Source of the DNA: Podarcis gaigeae | Taxonomy: Eukaryota | NCBI GenBank assembly: GCA_964106915.2 | Contig: OZ066926.1 | Reading direction: 5' to 3' (one strand) | DNA length: 64,000 nucleotides | In this document: positions 14,801 to 26,100 of the stretch, piece by piece | Layout of the letters: each line of letters opens with the position of its first letter | How positions within the stretch are numbered: the first letter of the stretch is position 1 | Notes under the pieces: model-generated | What the model saw: the letters and a program-made list of their open reading frames with translations, nothing else | What the model was told of the DNA's origin: nothing | Database searches by the model: none | Made by a program: the position numbers and the translations under genes

Positions 14801-16675
14801 CAATGAATTGTATAAACTTGATAAGAAAAATGGTTTTGCGACAGAAAAATCCAAATTGGAAACGGAATTGTTAGATACCAATGTTAAAAATCTCTCTAAA
14901 ATGTATAATTTATTGTAGGAATGTTATACAAAGGATGAACAAGTTAAATCTGTGATGATTGATTGGGCAAGAGATGTTGGACACAATATAATGTTGGATG
15001 ATTGGGAAAAGCTATGTAAGAAAGAGGTTGAGTTTACTGCATGTACTGTATTAAAATAAAATATTATGAAAATGATGTATAGATGGTACCCAGTAAAATT
15101 AGCAAAGATCTACCATACAAATGATAATCTTTGTTGGAAATGTAAAGAAAAAGAAGGTACTTTTTACCATATGTGGTGGACATGTCCTAAGGTGAAAGAC
15201 TTCTGGGGAAAGATTTATAATGAGTTGAAAAAAATGTTGAAAAATACATTTATTAAGAAACCAGACGCCTTTCTACTTGGTATAATAGGATTGGAATTGC
15301 CCCCAAAAGATGTTAGACTGTTTGTTTATGCCACTGCAGCGGCAAGATTTTTATTAGCCAAAAATTGGAAGTCGCAAGAAATACCAACAATAGAAGATTA
15401 GCAGATGAAGATGTTGGATTTATTGACTGGAAGAATCTGCGACCAGAAAGAAGAGGAGACACAAGAGGATTGGAAGAAATTTAAAGAATATTTAGCTAAA
15501 TATTGTAATATAAGATAACTAGAAAATTCTTGGAAGCAACGAATACGCTTAGGGGTAGAATAAGAATATGTGTTAGTAAATATTAAGGATTAGAATATTA
15601 ATAAAGGAGAAGAGGTTAGTAAATGTTAGGAGTCAATATTATTAGAAATATGAATTTGGAGAACTGTCATACAGGTGATATAATGAAATTCAGTTAGAGG
15701 GGATGCGAGGAAGTCAGTTATAATGTTATGAGAATTAAATATCTGAAGAAATATTTTGTGTGTGTTTAGCTTACTTTATTGTAAAGTGTTTTTCTTTGTT
15801 GTGTGTTTTGTAATGTCTTTGTTGTCATAAATGTGGAAAAACAATTTAAAAAATGGGGGGGGGGAGAGAAAATAATTAGAGAGCTTGTCTTGTGTGGGAG
15901 AGCCTATCGACCTGACAACCCATAGTATATGTGAAAAGGATCTAGGGGTCTTAGTGGACTACAAGCTTGACATAAGTCAACAGTGTGATACAGCAGCATA
16001 AAAAAGCTAATGCTATTCTAGGCTGAATCAACAGAATTATATTGTCCAGATCAAGGGAAATAATAGTATGACTTTATTTTGCCTTGGTCAAACTATGTCT
16101 GGAATACTGTGTCCTGTTCTTGGCACCACAACTTAAGAAGGATGTTGACAAGGTGGAACGTTGCAGAGGGGGGCAAGATGATCAAGGGTCTGGAAACTAA
16201 GCCTTATGAGGAGCGCTTGAAGTAGCTGGGTGTGTTTAGCCTGGAAAAGAGGAGACTGAGAGGAGATATGATAGCCATCTTCAAGTATCTTATGGGCTGT
16301 CACATGCAGGAGGGAGCATGCTTGTTTTCTCCTGCTCTTGAGGGTAGGACACGAACCAATGGCTTCAAGTTACAAGAATGGAGATTACAAGAATGGAGAT
16401 TATGACTAAATACCAGGAAGAACTTTCTGACAGTAAGAGCTGTTCAGCAGTGCAACTGATTCCCTTGGGACGTTATAGACTCTCCTTCCTTGAAGGTTTA
16501 TCAGCAGAGGTTCTAATGAATCATCCACTTGCTTCCTATAAATTGAAAAGGGAATGTGCTCTGCTATTTATCACTAGCGTGAGTGAGGGGGGATAATATC
16601 AAAACAATAGATCATCTCCAACCTTCCTTAACATTCCCACAATGTCAAGGAGACATACACAGATTGGCACATAGG

Positions 16676-16714
<39 letters not shown>

Positions 16715-18454
16715 CCTGCTCAAGAAGCAGTCCCGTCAGACTTACCCAGTGTTCTCCCTTCTAAGTTCCTTACCTTTCCTGGTGAAACAAGAGCGACATT
16801 CTGGCACTGGCTCACAGTCAAAGGCTTTCATCACCTCTGAGGCCACTTCCACAGCATAATCCTCATCGCAGTATGCAAGAAGCAGTTCTGTGAGCTCCCA
16901 AGCATTTGCTTCAACCAGCAGCTCCCTGGGGATACTGACATAGCCTTCCTTGACGGGGAACTTGCTGAGTTTGACCTTGAACTTCTTCAGATCTGACTCC
17001 TTCAATGTATTCAGTGTGGCCAGCAGGCATAATTGTGTAATCTGCACTGTGGTGATTATTGATGTTAGTAGAAGTATTGAACAGAAAAATCCAGCACTCC
17101 TACATTCCCCTTCTCTTCCTGTTGGAGCACAATGAACAGGCAGCACTTTCAGACTGGACTAAGTAGGGAAGGGCTGTGGATTTGTAGTAGATCACATGCA
17201 TGCAAAGGATCCCAGGTTTAATCCCTGGAGGATCCAGAAAGGGCTTGGAAAGATTCCTGCCTAAATCCCTGGAACAAACTAGATGGACCCAGTGGCCCAA
17301 TGTGTCCTAAGGCAGCTTCCCATCCTTCTAGCCTCTCAGGTGATTGAAGGAGCTCAGCCTGGCCCAGAAGAGAGAAACTGATCCAGGAGGGTTTGAAGAC
17401 TCTCTTAACTTACAGGCCTCTTCTTAACACTTTGCAGGCGTCTACGTTTATTTCCCACCCTGTTTCTGATGTTCCTTCTTCCCTGGTGGGGAGCGGATGC
17501 CGTGTAGTGTTTTGCCTCAGGTGCTAACATGTCTTGGGCCAGCCCTGGTTTAGATGGAGGGCAGAGGGGTGTGGGAAGATGTCACCTCACTTTACACAGG
17601 GAAGATTTACATCCATCATTCCACTCACTTTCACCCTGGACCTCCACCCCCCCACTCCCGGAATTCGGGTCTTTTCTCCTGCTCTGGAGGCTAGGACTCC
17701 AGGCAATGGCTTCAAGTTGCAAGAAAGGAGATTCCAGCTAAACATTTGGAAAAAGCTTCTGACAGTAAGAGCTGTTCAGCAGTGGAACAGACTCCCACAA
17801 GAGGTGGTGGACTCTCCTTGGAGATTTTAAAGAAGAGGTTGGCCATCTGTAATGGATGCTTTAGCTGAAATCTCTAAATTGCAGATGTCCGTTGCGGTCC
17901 CTTCCAACTCTTAGATTCCATGATTCTTTGGAATGTTGCCCAGGAGGATATGCGACTCTCCTGCTCGAAAGGTTTCCCCACCCAAGGAGGAAGGCAACCA
18001 TGGGAAGGAGCTGAGCTCTCGGTACTGAGAGAACCCGCGAGGCGTCAGCACCATCAGTCGGATCGAGCCCCCGCCCCGCTCCCAGTCCCTTACTTTGCCA
18101 GGTGATACCCGAGGGATCGTCCACCGGCGGATTGTAGTCCATCGCCTTCAGCACCAGGGCCGTCACCTCCACAGCATAAGCCTCACCGTAGTAGCTGAAC
18201 AGCAGGTCTACGAGCTGCAAAGGCATGGCTTCCTTGAGCAACTCCTCGGAGATTCTTCTGACGCCCTCCTTGACCGGGAATCTGAGCAGTTCGCGCTGGA
18301 ATTTCTCCCACTCTCCCTCCCCCTCCTTCAACTCCAAAAAGATGTCCAGAAGGAGGGAACTGGCGGATTGCAGATTCGGGTTCTCAGGATGTAAGAAAAT
18401 GAGGCCACGCGACAGATTTGTGGAAAAGAAGAACTTCGTCCCCATTGCGCTCAT
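2573..18454 (-). CDS. Gene A: PYD-PYD-CARD-FIIND-PYD protein (NLRP1/CARD8-related, no NACHT/LRR), ~725 aa, 11 coding exons
   Basis: GT-AG exons 18454-18094, 17046-16746, 9697-9408, 9312-9228, 7190-6967, 6362-6118, 5088-4966, 4831-4690, 4575-4525, 4235-4166, 2858-2573. Phases chain without a stop; total 2178 nt. The join 16746->9697 across a 7-kb TE-rich intron is the least certain. Confidence 0.75.
3041..3661 (+). mobile_element. Solo LTR
   Basis: TGTGGGA...TCCCACA termini with 5-bp TSD TTCAT. Strand is given as reference orientation only. Confidence 0.8.
4690..5088 (-). CDS. Gene A UPA exons (5088-4966, 4831-4690)
   Basis: [16 protein letters not shown] and ELKFQYLD...EIVWEAHLK match the UPA C-terminal half. 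Confidence 0.9.
6118..6362 (-). CDS. Gene A FIIND autoproteolysis exon (ZU5/UPA boundary)
   Basis: [29 protein letters not shown]|SSLG...FHLYLLPND, equivalent to NLRP1 AHF...ENPSF|SPLG...FHLYLIP. Confidence 0.93.
6420..6672 (+). mobile_element. Sauria SINE, 5'-truncated
   Basis: cctgccaacctagcagttcgaa...gtcctttacc body and tail. Confidence 0.8.
6967..7190 (-). CDS. Gene A FIIND ZU5 exon
   Basis: EAGSFRCGDTDL...[12 protein letters not shown]...VAGPLLNIK...AIHVPHFLCL matches the NLRP1/CARD8 ZU5 pattern; 224 nt, as in paralogs B and C. Confidence 0.92.
7513..7715 (+). mobile_element. tRNA-derived squamate SINE (Squam3-like)
   Basis: A/B-box-like head followed by gggtgaccttgggctagtcac...ccgctttgagactcct. 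Confidence 0.6.
8298..8849 (-). mobile_element. Same LTR family, inverted copy
   Basis: Reverse-complement similarity to 3041-3661. Confidence 0.7.
9408..9697 (-). CDS. Gene A CARD-like exon upstream of FIIND
   Basis: RKQLMEILEPDIEHFVDVLYYFYVITLKEY...KLLSIIQERGEQSCCRFLECV fits a CARD helix pattern. cag|G acceptor, G|gtgag donor; paralogous exon at 47686-47391. Confidence 0.75.
11790..15850 (+). mobile_element. Two degraded L1-clade LINE ORF2 fragments with small MITE insertions
   Basis: NYRPISLLNMDYKI, KAFADD, LSLWGRISVIKM and CWKC...GTFYHMWWTCP motifs; many stops. Confidence 0.88.
15925..16500 (+). mobile_element. CR1 LINE fragment
   Basis: gaaaaggatctaggggtcttagtggac...tttagcctggaaaagaggagactgagaggagatatgata. 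Confidence 0.8.
16746..17046 (-). CDS. Gene A exon 2: PYD
   Basis: LLATLNTLKESDLKKFKVKLSKFPVKEGYVSIPRELLVEANAWELTELLLAYCDEDYAVEVASEVMKAFDC. Phase-1 acceptor; donors at 16773 and 16745. Confidence 0.8.
17670..17925 (+). mobile_element. CR1 3' fragment
   Basis: NGFKLQERRFQLNI...LTVRAVQQWNRLP ending in gattccatgattct. Confidence 0.75.
18094..18454 (-). CDS. Gene A exon 1: divergent PYD
   Basis: LLLDIFLELKEGEGEWEKFQRELLRFPVKEGVRRISEELLKEA...LVDLLFSYYGEAYAVEVTALVLKAM. CpG-rich 5' region, ATGs at 18454 and 18445, donor A|gtaagg. Confidence 0.8.
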
Positions 18455-19130
18455 TCTCCGCCAGCCACAGCCCAGCCAAAGCCTCGGGAAAACTCGAGAA
18501 AAACTCAGAAGATCTGGAGACTGTGCCAAGGCAGAGAGGCAGGTGGGCCCGATCCCCGGGCCAACTCGCCGGGAAAGAGAGAGGCCTGGCCGGTGGGCAG
18601 CAGGAAACCCGCTCCGAGAGCCCCGTCTCTTGCCCTGCGCGTCGCCTTCTTTTCCCTTTGGCGAGGAAACTCTGGGAGATCCTTCCCTCCGGCAGCAGCA
18701 GGAGACTGGAGGGCGGAGAGGGCGGAAGGGGCGTCTTTCCAGCAGCTCACCTTTCGGGCTCCCCAGCCCAGCCCTGCGTTGGAAGAACTTGGCTGAGCGG
18801 TTCTGGGGGAAGACCTCCGAAGGCAGCCCTCGCAGGATTTGCAGGGGCGCTTGGGCTGCAAGACGGGGGTGAAGAGAGCCGGCTCTTGCTCTCCCTTTGC
18901 TCAGGATCTGAAGCCGGGAGGAGCACCCCACCCACAGAAAAGGAACCTGTGATTTTGTTCAGGGTGCTGGGACTTGTAGATCTCTCAGAGGTGAACTGTG
19001 AAGCCCAGGATTCTTCCTGGGCGTGGGCTTGAAATGCGTGCCTTCTGGCACTTGGGCTGCGCTCTCGGAGGCTAGTTTCTAAGGGCGCAGCTGAGGAGAC
19101 TGGCACAGAAAAACCCACCGGAACATTTCA

Positions 19131-19175
<45 letters not shown>

Positions 19176-21213
19176 CAGCGTGGCAATCGAGCGCACTGGA
19201 ATATAACAAACCTAGGCAGTGAATGCTTTTATTTTTTAACTGCATGAGGCATAATCCTGCCACAGAAACTTTCATTTACTTGCAGCGTGGCAGCCAATAT
19301 ATTAAACCTGGTGGGTGGGGGTCAGGAGTACCAACTTGAGAAACACATTGGGGGGGGGCGGAGCGGGAGAAGCCCAGCCCTGCATAATGGATCACATGAG
19401 GCGATGCACACACTGTCAGTCTGCATTTCTTAGTGCAGAGACTATTGATATGATGTGTAGAGATCTTTCCTATTCTACTTAATTCAAGAGGGTTCTGGAA
19501 GCTTCTCTGTGTGAAAGAAACAAGCAGAAGTTGAAGTCACCATGATTACTATTTCTCTCCTTTTTGAATGTTTGGTTATCTGCTCATCCAAGTCTTCAAT
19601 CTGGTAAGGTCACTGCTGTTTCTTTCTCCTACAATTTGTACCCATAACCCTCAATCTGCTTTTCATGCTCCATGTCGTGGATTTTTTCACAAATGTACAC
19701 ATCCTTCATATATAATGCTACTCCTCCACCCTTCCTGGTTGGTCAATCCCTACAGTCCAGTCATAAGTCTCATCCCACCTGGTTTCAGTAATGCCTACCA
19801 GGTCGTATTTGCGATCCTGGATAAAAAGCTCCAGTTCATCTTGTTTGTTTCCCATGCTTTGTGCATTATGGAGAGACAAATGAAACCATGAGTTGTTCTC
19901 TGCACTGCTTCCTTCCGGCAGTTTCTTGCCCTTTAGCAGGTTTCTAGAGCATCACCTCAGTTTCCAGTGACTAAACTAATATCTTTAGTCAGGAGATACT
20001 TCAGCTGAGATTCCTGCATTGCAGGGGGTTGGACTAGATTACCCTTGGAGCCCCTTAAACTCCAAGATTCTATGATTCTAACCAGATTCACCCACCCAAT
20101 GCTGCAGATTTTGCATACAAAAGGGTTGCAACAGGTAACCGGCCCACTTATCGCAGTAATTAATATCCAGATTCTGCACCCACAACTTGTCTGTAGACAA
20201 GTCTCAGACCTAAATGCAGGACCTCCGCCTTCTCCCTGAAATAATGTGAGGAGGGGAGAGAGGAGTATCATCAGCATCTTCTAGGGCTGGAGGAAATTTT
20301 CTAGGCCATCTGGCCTGATGCAGAAAATCCAGCCCTACAGCATTTTCAACAGGTGGCTGTCAAGAGTCTGCCTGAAGACCTCCAGCAGGGGTGCCAACTT
20401 GAAAAAATATGAACAGGTTGCAGATTTAACATATATAAGAGAACAAGAAGAATATATCACAATATGTGGTACACACAAACCTTTTGAATGTCAATGACTG
20501 TCAACTTGGGGGGGTCACATATTTTATGAGGGGGCAAAGGGTCCTTGGCCACTAGGAACTGGCTCCTATGACCTCCAATGAGGGAGCTCCCCACCCCAGG
20601 AATTGGCTCCATGAATCCATATGAGAAATTTCCTAATAAAACCCTTCCAGCAGTTTGGATGGATCTCTGCAGGAGCCCACAAGCCCAGTGCTTATATACG
20701 GATTCATCCATGCCTGATCTTTCTCCACCTTGCTGCCTACAAGGAAGAGATCACTGGCCCAGCCTTTGTTTACAGTAACCTGCCTGAAATCCTCATGCTA
20801 CCAGGAAACTTTATTAGCTGGGTTGGTAGGCATAAAACTAAAGTTCAAAGTACAATGTAGGGCAGGTGTAAATCATAGAAATATAAAGTCCTTGTGCCCT
20901 GGGAAGATGCTTGCAGAAACACTTTGGAGGTGCCTATTGAAGATCTACTGATGCTGAGGAATCACCATGCTATAATCAGTCAGGGTGATTTCAGAGGGAC
21001 AGACATGCTACAAAGGGGGACATACAAGCCTGGGTTTAGAAACCAAGCACCCCTATTTCTCTTTCTGTGTTCCACCACATTATATTTAACTCAACTTAGA
21101 ATTCGTGTTGTTATGGTTATAACATTGTTTTCCAACTAGTGTGCCAGGGCACATTGAGAAACATTCAGGGGAGCCTTTCTTTCATTAACTTGCAACCCTG
21201 ATCTTCCTGCATT

Positions 21214-21269
<56 letters not shown>

Positions 21270-21539
21270 ATTCTGAGGAACATTCAGGGGAGCTGGCAAC
21301 TTTAACTTGCAACACATTATCTTCCAAAAATAAAACAGTGACAAAAAAAGAGGGAAACAATTTTGCATGACTGTTTATATTCTGAAAATCTCCCTCCTCC
21401 AAAAAAAATCATCCCCAGCTTCAGTAACTAACAGTTCCTTAGTTCTACATAGAGGGATTGAGAAATACAATAAGGTAGCAAAGTAGCTTGATGGTGATGG
21501 TGGGTGGGTGTCCACCCTATAAAGAGGGTTTTAAAAATA

Positions 21540-21770
21540 CAGTGGTACCTCAGGTTAAGAACTTAATTCATCCTGGAGGTCTGTTCTTATCCTGAAACTG
21601 TTCTTAACCTGAAGCACCACTTTAGTTAATGGGGCCTCCTTCTGCTGTGCTGCTGATACGCCGCTGCGTGATTTCTGTTCTCATCCTGAAGCAAAGTTCT
21701 TAACCCGAGGTAATATTTCTGGGTTAGTGGAGTCTGTAACCTGAAGCGTATGTAACCCGAGGTACCACTG
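21540..21770. mobile_element. Tc1/mariner (Tigger-like) MITE
   Basis: TIR CAGTGGTACCTC...GAGGTACCACTG flanked by TA. Confidence 0.85.
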
Positions 21771-22291
21771 TAACCCTGAAAGTGAGCAGTGTCTTTTGTG
21801 TTTCTCACTCCTTCTACCCTCAACATCACTCTCCCCCCAGGCAACCCCCTCCTCCTTAACAGTCAGCCAGCTTTATGGGGACAAGGAGAATGTTGCAGGA
21901 AAGGATCGTGTCTGCATGGTGTCCAGTGCTGTGTGTTTCTTGCTTTCCTTCTGCATGGTAACAAAATTTTTTTTGCTTCTGATCCTAATCTTGTTTTGCC
22001 CTCTCCATGCCCCCCACCCAACCAAAGGGAAGCTGGGCTGCCATGTGGAGTGCATCAGCTCAGCCCTGCAGAGCAGTGACGTTTCTTGGCTTCCCACCGA
22101 CACATGCCTCCCCACTTACATGTGTGCCAAAAATAGCGCTGAAAAGGGGTGGGACGGAATGGAGAGATTCCCCAGTATGTGTGCCTTGTAACAGAACCCC
22201 AGCGTCAGTGGCTCCCAAAGGGGAGCTGCAGAAAGGATGAGTGGCTGGACAAGGAAGCTGTGGACTCAAAAAGGTTGAAAACCACTAGGAG

Positions 22292-22621
22292 ATGAGAGAC
22301 ACAAGAAGTGAGGAAAGTGTATGGAACTCCTTGGACCAGCAACAAGGAATTGTCTTCCATTCGTGTAGAGCAGGCATAGGCAAACTTGGCCCTCCAGATG
22401 TTTTGGGGCTACAATTCCCACCATCTCTGACCACTGGTCCTATTGGCTAGGGATGATGAGAGTTGTAGTGCCCAAACATCTGGAGGGCCGAGTTTGCCTA
22501 TGCCTGGTGTAGGTGCTTAGACCATGAATCAAAGTGGTATGTTATGATCACAGATCCTCTCATCTCACATTGGAGATCAGTATCGCCACAAAGTAAGGAG
22601 TCAGCCTCTGTGGAGCACACT
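22292..22621 (-). pseudogene. Second copy of the orphan ZU5 exon, interrupted by a MITE
   Basis: Duplicate of 1358-1541 with a 136-bp insertion at 22371-22506. Confidence 0.75.
22371..22506. mobile_element. hAT-like MITE
   Basis: TIR CAGGCATAGGCAAACT/AGTTTGCCTATGCCTG; absent from the paralogous site near 1430. Confidence 0.85.
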
Positions 22622-22885
22622 CTGAATGTGAGGAAGCCAGGAAAGCAATTCACCCAGCAGTCTGTGTGCCCAGCTCACACCCAGCTGTCCATGTTGCCAG
22701 TCATTGAAGCACCCACTACCAGGATCTCTCTGGCCTCTGGGAAAATATCCTCAGAATGTGAAACAACTTATTTGTTGAGGCAGGCCTGCTCAGAGAGCTA
22801 AAGCTGACAAGTGTTTTAATGTGCACTTTATTTTATAAATAAAATGCCTTGAAAGGGGTCTTGCCTTCTGCCTTCCCTTGGGGCC

Positions 22886-23166
22886 TCATTGCCCTTCCAG
22901 GTCTTTCACGAGATGTGGGTTTTTGGCCTTCAGAGCCTCATACAGCATTTCCTTGCACCGGAGGTCCCAGCTTGGCACAAGCTTGTAGAGCTCTCGCATC
23001 TTGTCTGGGTTAGTTTCCTTGGCAGTGATTCTTTGGTATTGCTCCTCACTGAGGACGGAGCCATACAATCTATCCAGCACCGGTTCCGCTGGGGTGGTCC
23101 GTTGGATTAGTGCCTCCCTGTGCTGCTCGATGAAGTGCACGTTGGAAGAGTTTGGAAACTCCGGCC
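22886..23166 (-). CDS. Gene B C-terminal CARD exon (ASC/NLRP1-type CARD)
   Basis: [81 protein letters not shown]. Confidence 0.95.
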
Positions 23167-26100
23167 CTGCCAGGAAAGAGAAAAAGAACGGAAATCTTGC
23201 TACAGGTTCACAGTGCAGGCTTAAGACTGGTTGCCTAACTCATTCCCTCCTCCCCCATGCCCTGGGAATTGTAGTTCCATGAGGGGAGGGATTGTGAACA
23301 GAGCATTACTAGTAGCTCATCTGCCTACAGTTCCCAGAATTCTTTGGGCAAAGCCATAACTGTTGAGGAAGTATAAAACTGAAATACAGTAAGTGAGAGC
23401 AGTTGCAAGGGAGCCAAGGCTGGGGCCAGCCCTACCATTAGGGAGAGTGAGGTGGCATCATAATATGGGTTATCATGAAACAACAGCACATTATCAGATA
23501 ATTAATTTCACATAGTATTATACTCAGCTTTATATTTTATTGCTTGAAAGCCCAGGAATTGATAGCTCCTACATTGTAGTGGGTTGGACTAGATGAGACT
23601 TGGAATCCCTCCAAATACTATGCTTCTGTTATTGTTGTTATAATTACTGAACCCAGCTTTCTCCCACAGGGAGAGAAGAGACCATTTCGCTCACTATCCA
23701 AAAGCCATGAAAACTTTGCTCACAAGGTCTCTGTCCTTGGAAGAAGACGAGCCTATGGAACATTGTCTCACAGATTTATGTATTATGCTTGCAGTATCAC
23801 TTCATAACAAATGACAATAAAAGCAAGTAACAGTTAATATTTAAAAGAACTGACACTCACTCTTTTGAAAAGAACTGACTGTAAAACTTAGAGTGAGGAG
23901 TTCAAGGTCAGCAAAACCAGTTCTGCTACTGTTTCATCAGCCCTCTGTGCTCCTATTGGAAGGAAAGTGGGATACAAATACATGCAGAGAAATAATTAAA
24001 ACCTCCTCACCTTGTGCTGGGTGTGGAAAAGGAGAATCCATCTCCTCTGAAATGAACTCTCCTGAAATAGAATAAGAAAGAGGCAGTCAAAGAGGGAACG
24101 TGACCCGTGGTCCTTTTCCATCCTGCCTCCTAAGATATGACCCAACCTCACGATCTTCCCTTGCAGATAGGTAGCCGTGTTGGTCTGCCATAGTCAAAAC
24201 AAAATAAAAAAATTCCTTCCAGTAGCACCTTAAAGACCAACTAAGTTAGTTCTAGGTATGAGCTTTCGTGTGCATGCACACGAATCTGAAGAAGTGTGCA
24301 TGCACACGAAAACTCATACCTAGAACTAACTTAGTTGGTCTTTAATGTGCTACTGGAAGGAATTTTTTTTATTTTGTTTTGATCTTCCCTTGATTAAAAC
24401 TCACTTTTTTTCAAATGCGCCTTCCAGACAATTTCAGGTGTGCCCTTCTTCATCAGGCAGAAGAAGAACTCGCCTTGCATTTGCTCAGCAGACAGCTCCA
24501 CGTACTGCTGCAGTTTCTCTGCATCCAGGTATTGAAACTCCAGTTCCTGTGGGAAAGAATGAAACCTCTGTAAGTGTGAATCTGGCTTAGCCCAACCCAC
24601 CATTCCAAGGGAGTCAAATAAAAGGGTGAAGGGGGATTCTGGTTGAATTTCTCCCATTCTCAGGCTTCACCATCTGGGCTCTGCAAAACCTTTCATCATA
24701 TTTGTCTCACCTCAGGACAGACTGTGACATTCTTTGAAAACTTCAAAGAGACCTGAGAGCCAGTTGTGAGAGGTCTCAGCGTCACAGGGGGTTTCTCTAT
24801 TCTCTTTGAATTTTCTTCACTGTCATTGACCGCCTGGGAAAGACAAATAAAGTCACATTTGAGATACAGGAGAGGAAGCCAAGACTAGATCCCTACAACT
24901 TTCTTGGCATTGTTACACCAGCTAAGGCAGGAATGGGGAACCTGATGCCCTCCAGTCAGCAAGAGTCAGGGCTGATGGGTTTTGTAGTCCAGTAACATCT
25001 GCAGAGACACAGATTCTCCATCTGCAATATGAAGAAAATTAAAGCACATGGCACCAGAAACTAAAATGTAAGGAGGAGATTCCCTGGCCTCATGGGGAAC
25101 TCAAGCCAGGGCTCTTGGACTGGACATCCTGGTGGCCGAGAGGTAACAGCAATCCTGGGTCCACCTGCATCTTGATGAGTCCATGCAGGAAACCACAGAA
25201 GCCATGAATCCCATGTGCCAACACTGCAAATGAAGAAGGATGTTCTTCCTCAAAAGTTCATTTAGATAGCTTGTATGAATTAAGCAGAATTTGCTCATCA
25301 CTAAATACGTTTATTCTGGAGGAAGCCTGATTTCAGTGAATGCTTCCGGAAGAAATCCATTGGGACTCACAATTGTTTCACAATTCAGTGACAACACCGT
25401 TGTTTGGAGAACCAGACAGGGAATTTGGGCTTTATCAAGCAGGTTGTTTAAGGAATGAAAAAGGTGTATTTCAATTTTGGAAAAATCACATTAAAGCAAC
25501 AGTGTTGATGAGAAGAAAAGTAACCCAGCAGAGGGCAACTTGTTAATTTTCTCTCTACTGGCATGTTGAATAGAACTGATCAAGTCCAACAATTGTGCAT
25601 AGTCGGGGTTAATATGATCAAGTAAATGATCCAGGCAATTGGAATACCAGAGTTGGAGGTTCCTGGTTACCTTTATTATCGAAAGGTCATTGGGTAGGAG
25701 GTACAGGTGAAACGTTGGTGTTTCCAGTCGAAGGCTCTGATAGAGCAGCACAACAGTGTTGATCTTCAGCTTAAACCGCTTTTTGAAAAGGACTCCAAGG
25801 GAAGAGAACTTGGGGTTCTCCAACACAGCATGGTGAGGCTCCACTCTGTCTGGTTTCTCCAGCCTCATCCCCCCTTCGACAAAATGTGCAATGTAGACAT
25901 GGGAACTATCTTTACCTGAACAGGAGCCCAAAGGAAACATAGACAAACATGTTACAAGTGGGAAAGTGGAAAAAAATCACCATCACTTAACCCTCACCCT
26001 CCTTGTATCATGCAAGTATTTATTTTCTCATCATCATTTAAGAGGTCTATAGCATTGTTTCACAGTACTGTATGTTCTCAGGGTAAAGGTAAGGGGACCC

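Noticed and set aside
9700-16740. NACHT/LRR exons that would make gene A a true NLRP1
   Set aside because: No long ORF, Walker A motif or LRR exon series; the interval is mostly L1 and CR1 debris.
17861-19118. Long overlapping ORFs on both strands (also at 28140-28860 and 51998-53108)
   Set aside because: GC-rich CpG-island artefacts; only the ATG-to-donor portions have domain or splice support.
22886-23140. PYCARD (ASC) formed from the 35344 PYD and this CARD
   Set aside because: They are 12 kb apart with all of gene B between them, and the CARD exon joins gene B's linker exon in phase.
23695-23753. Possible extra exon before the gene B CARD
   Set aside because: The available donors give phase 0 or 2, incompatible with the phase-1 CARD acceptor.
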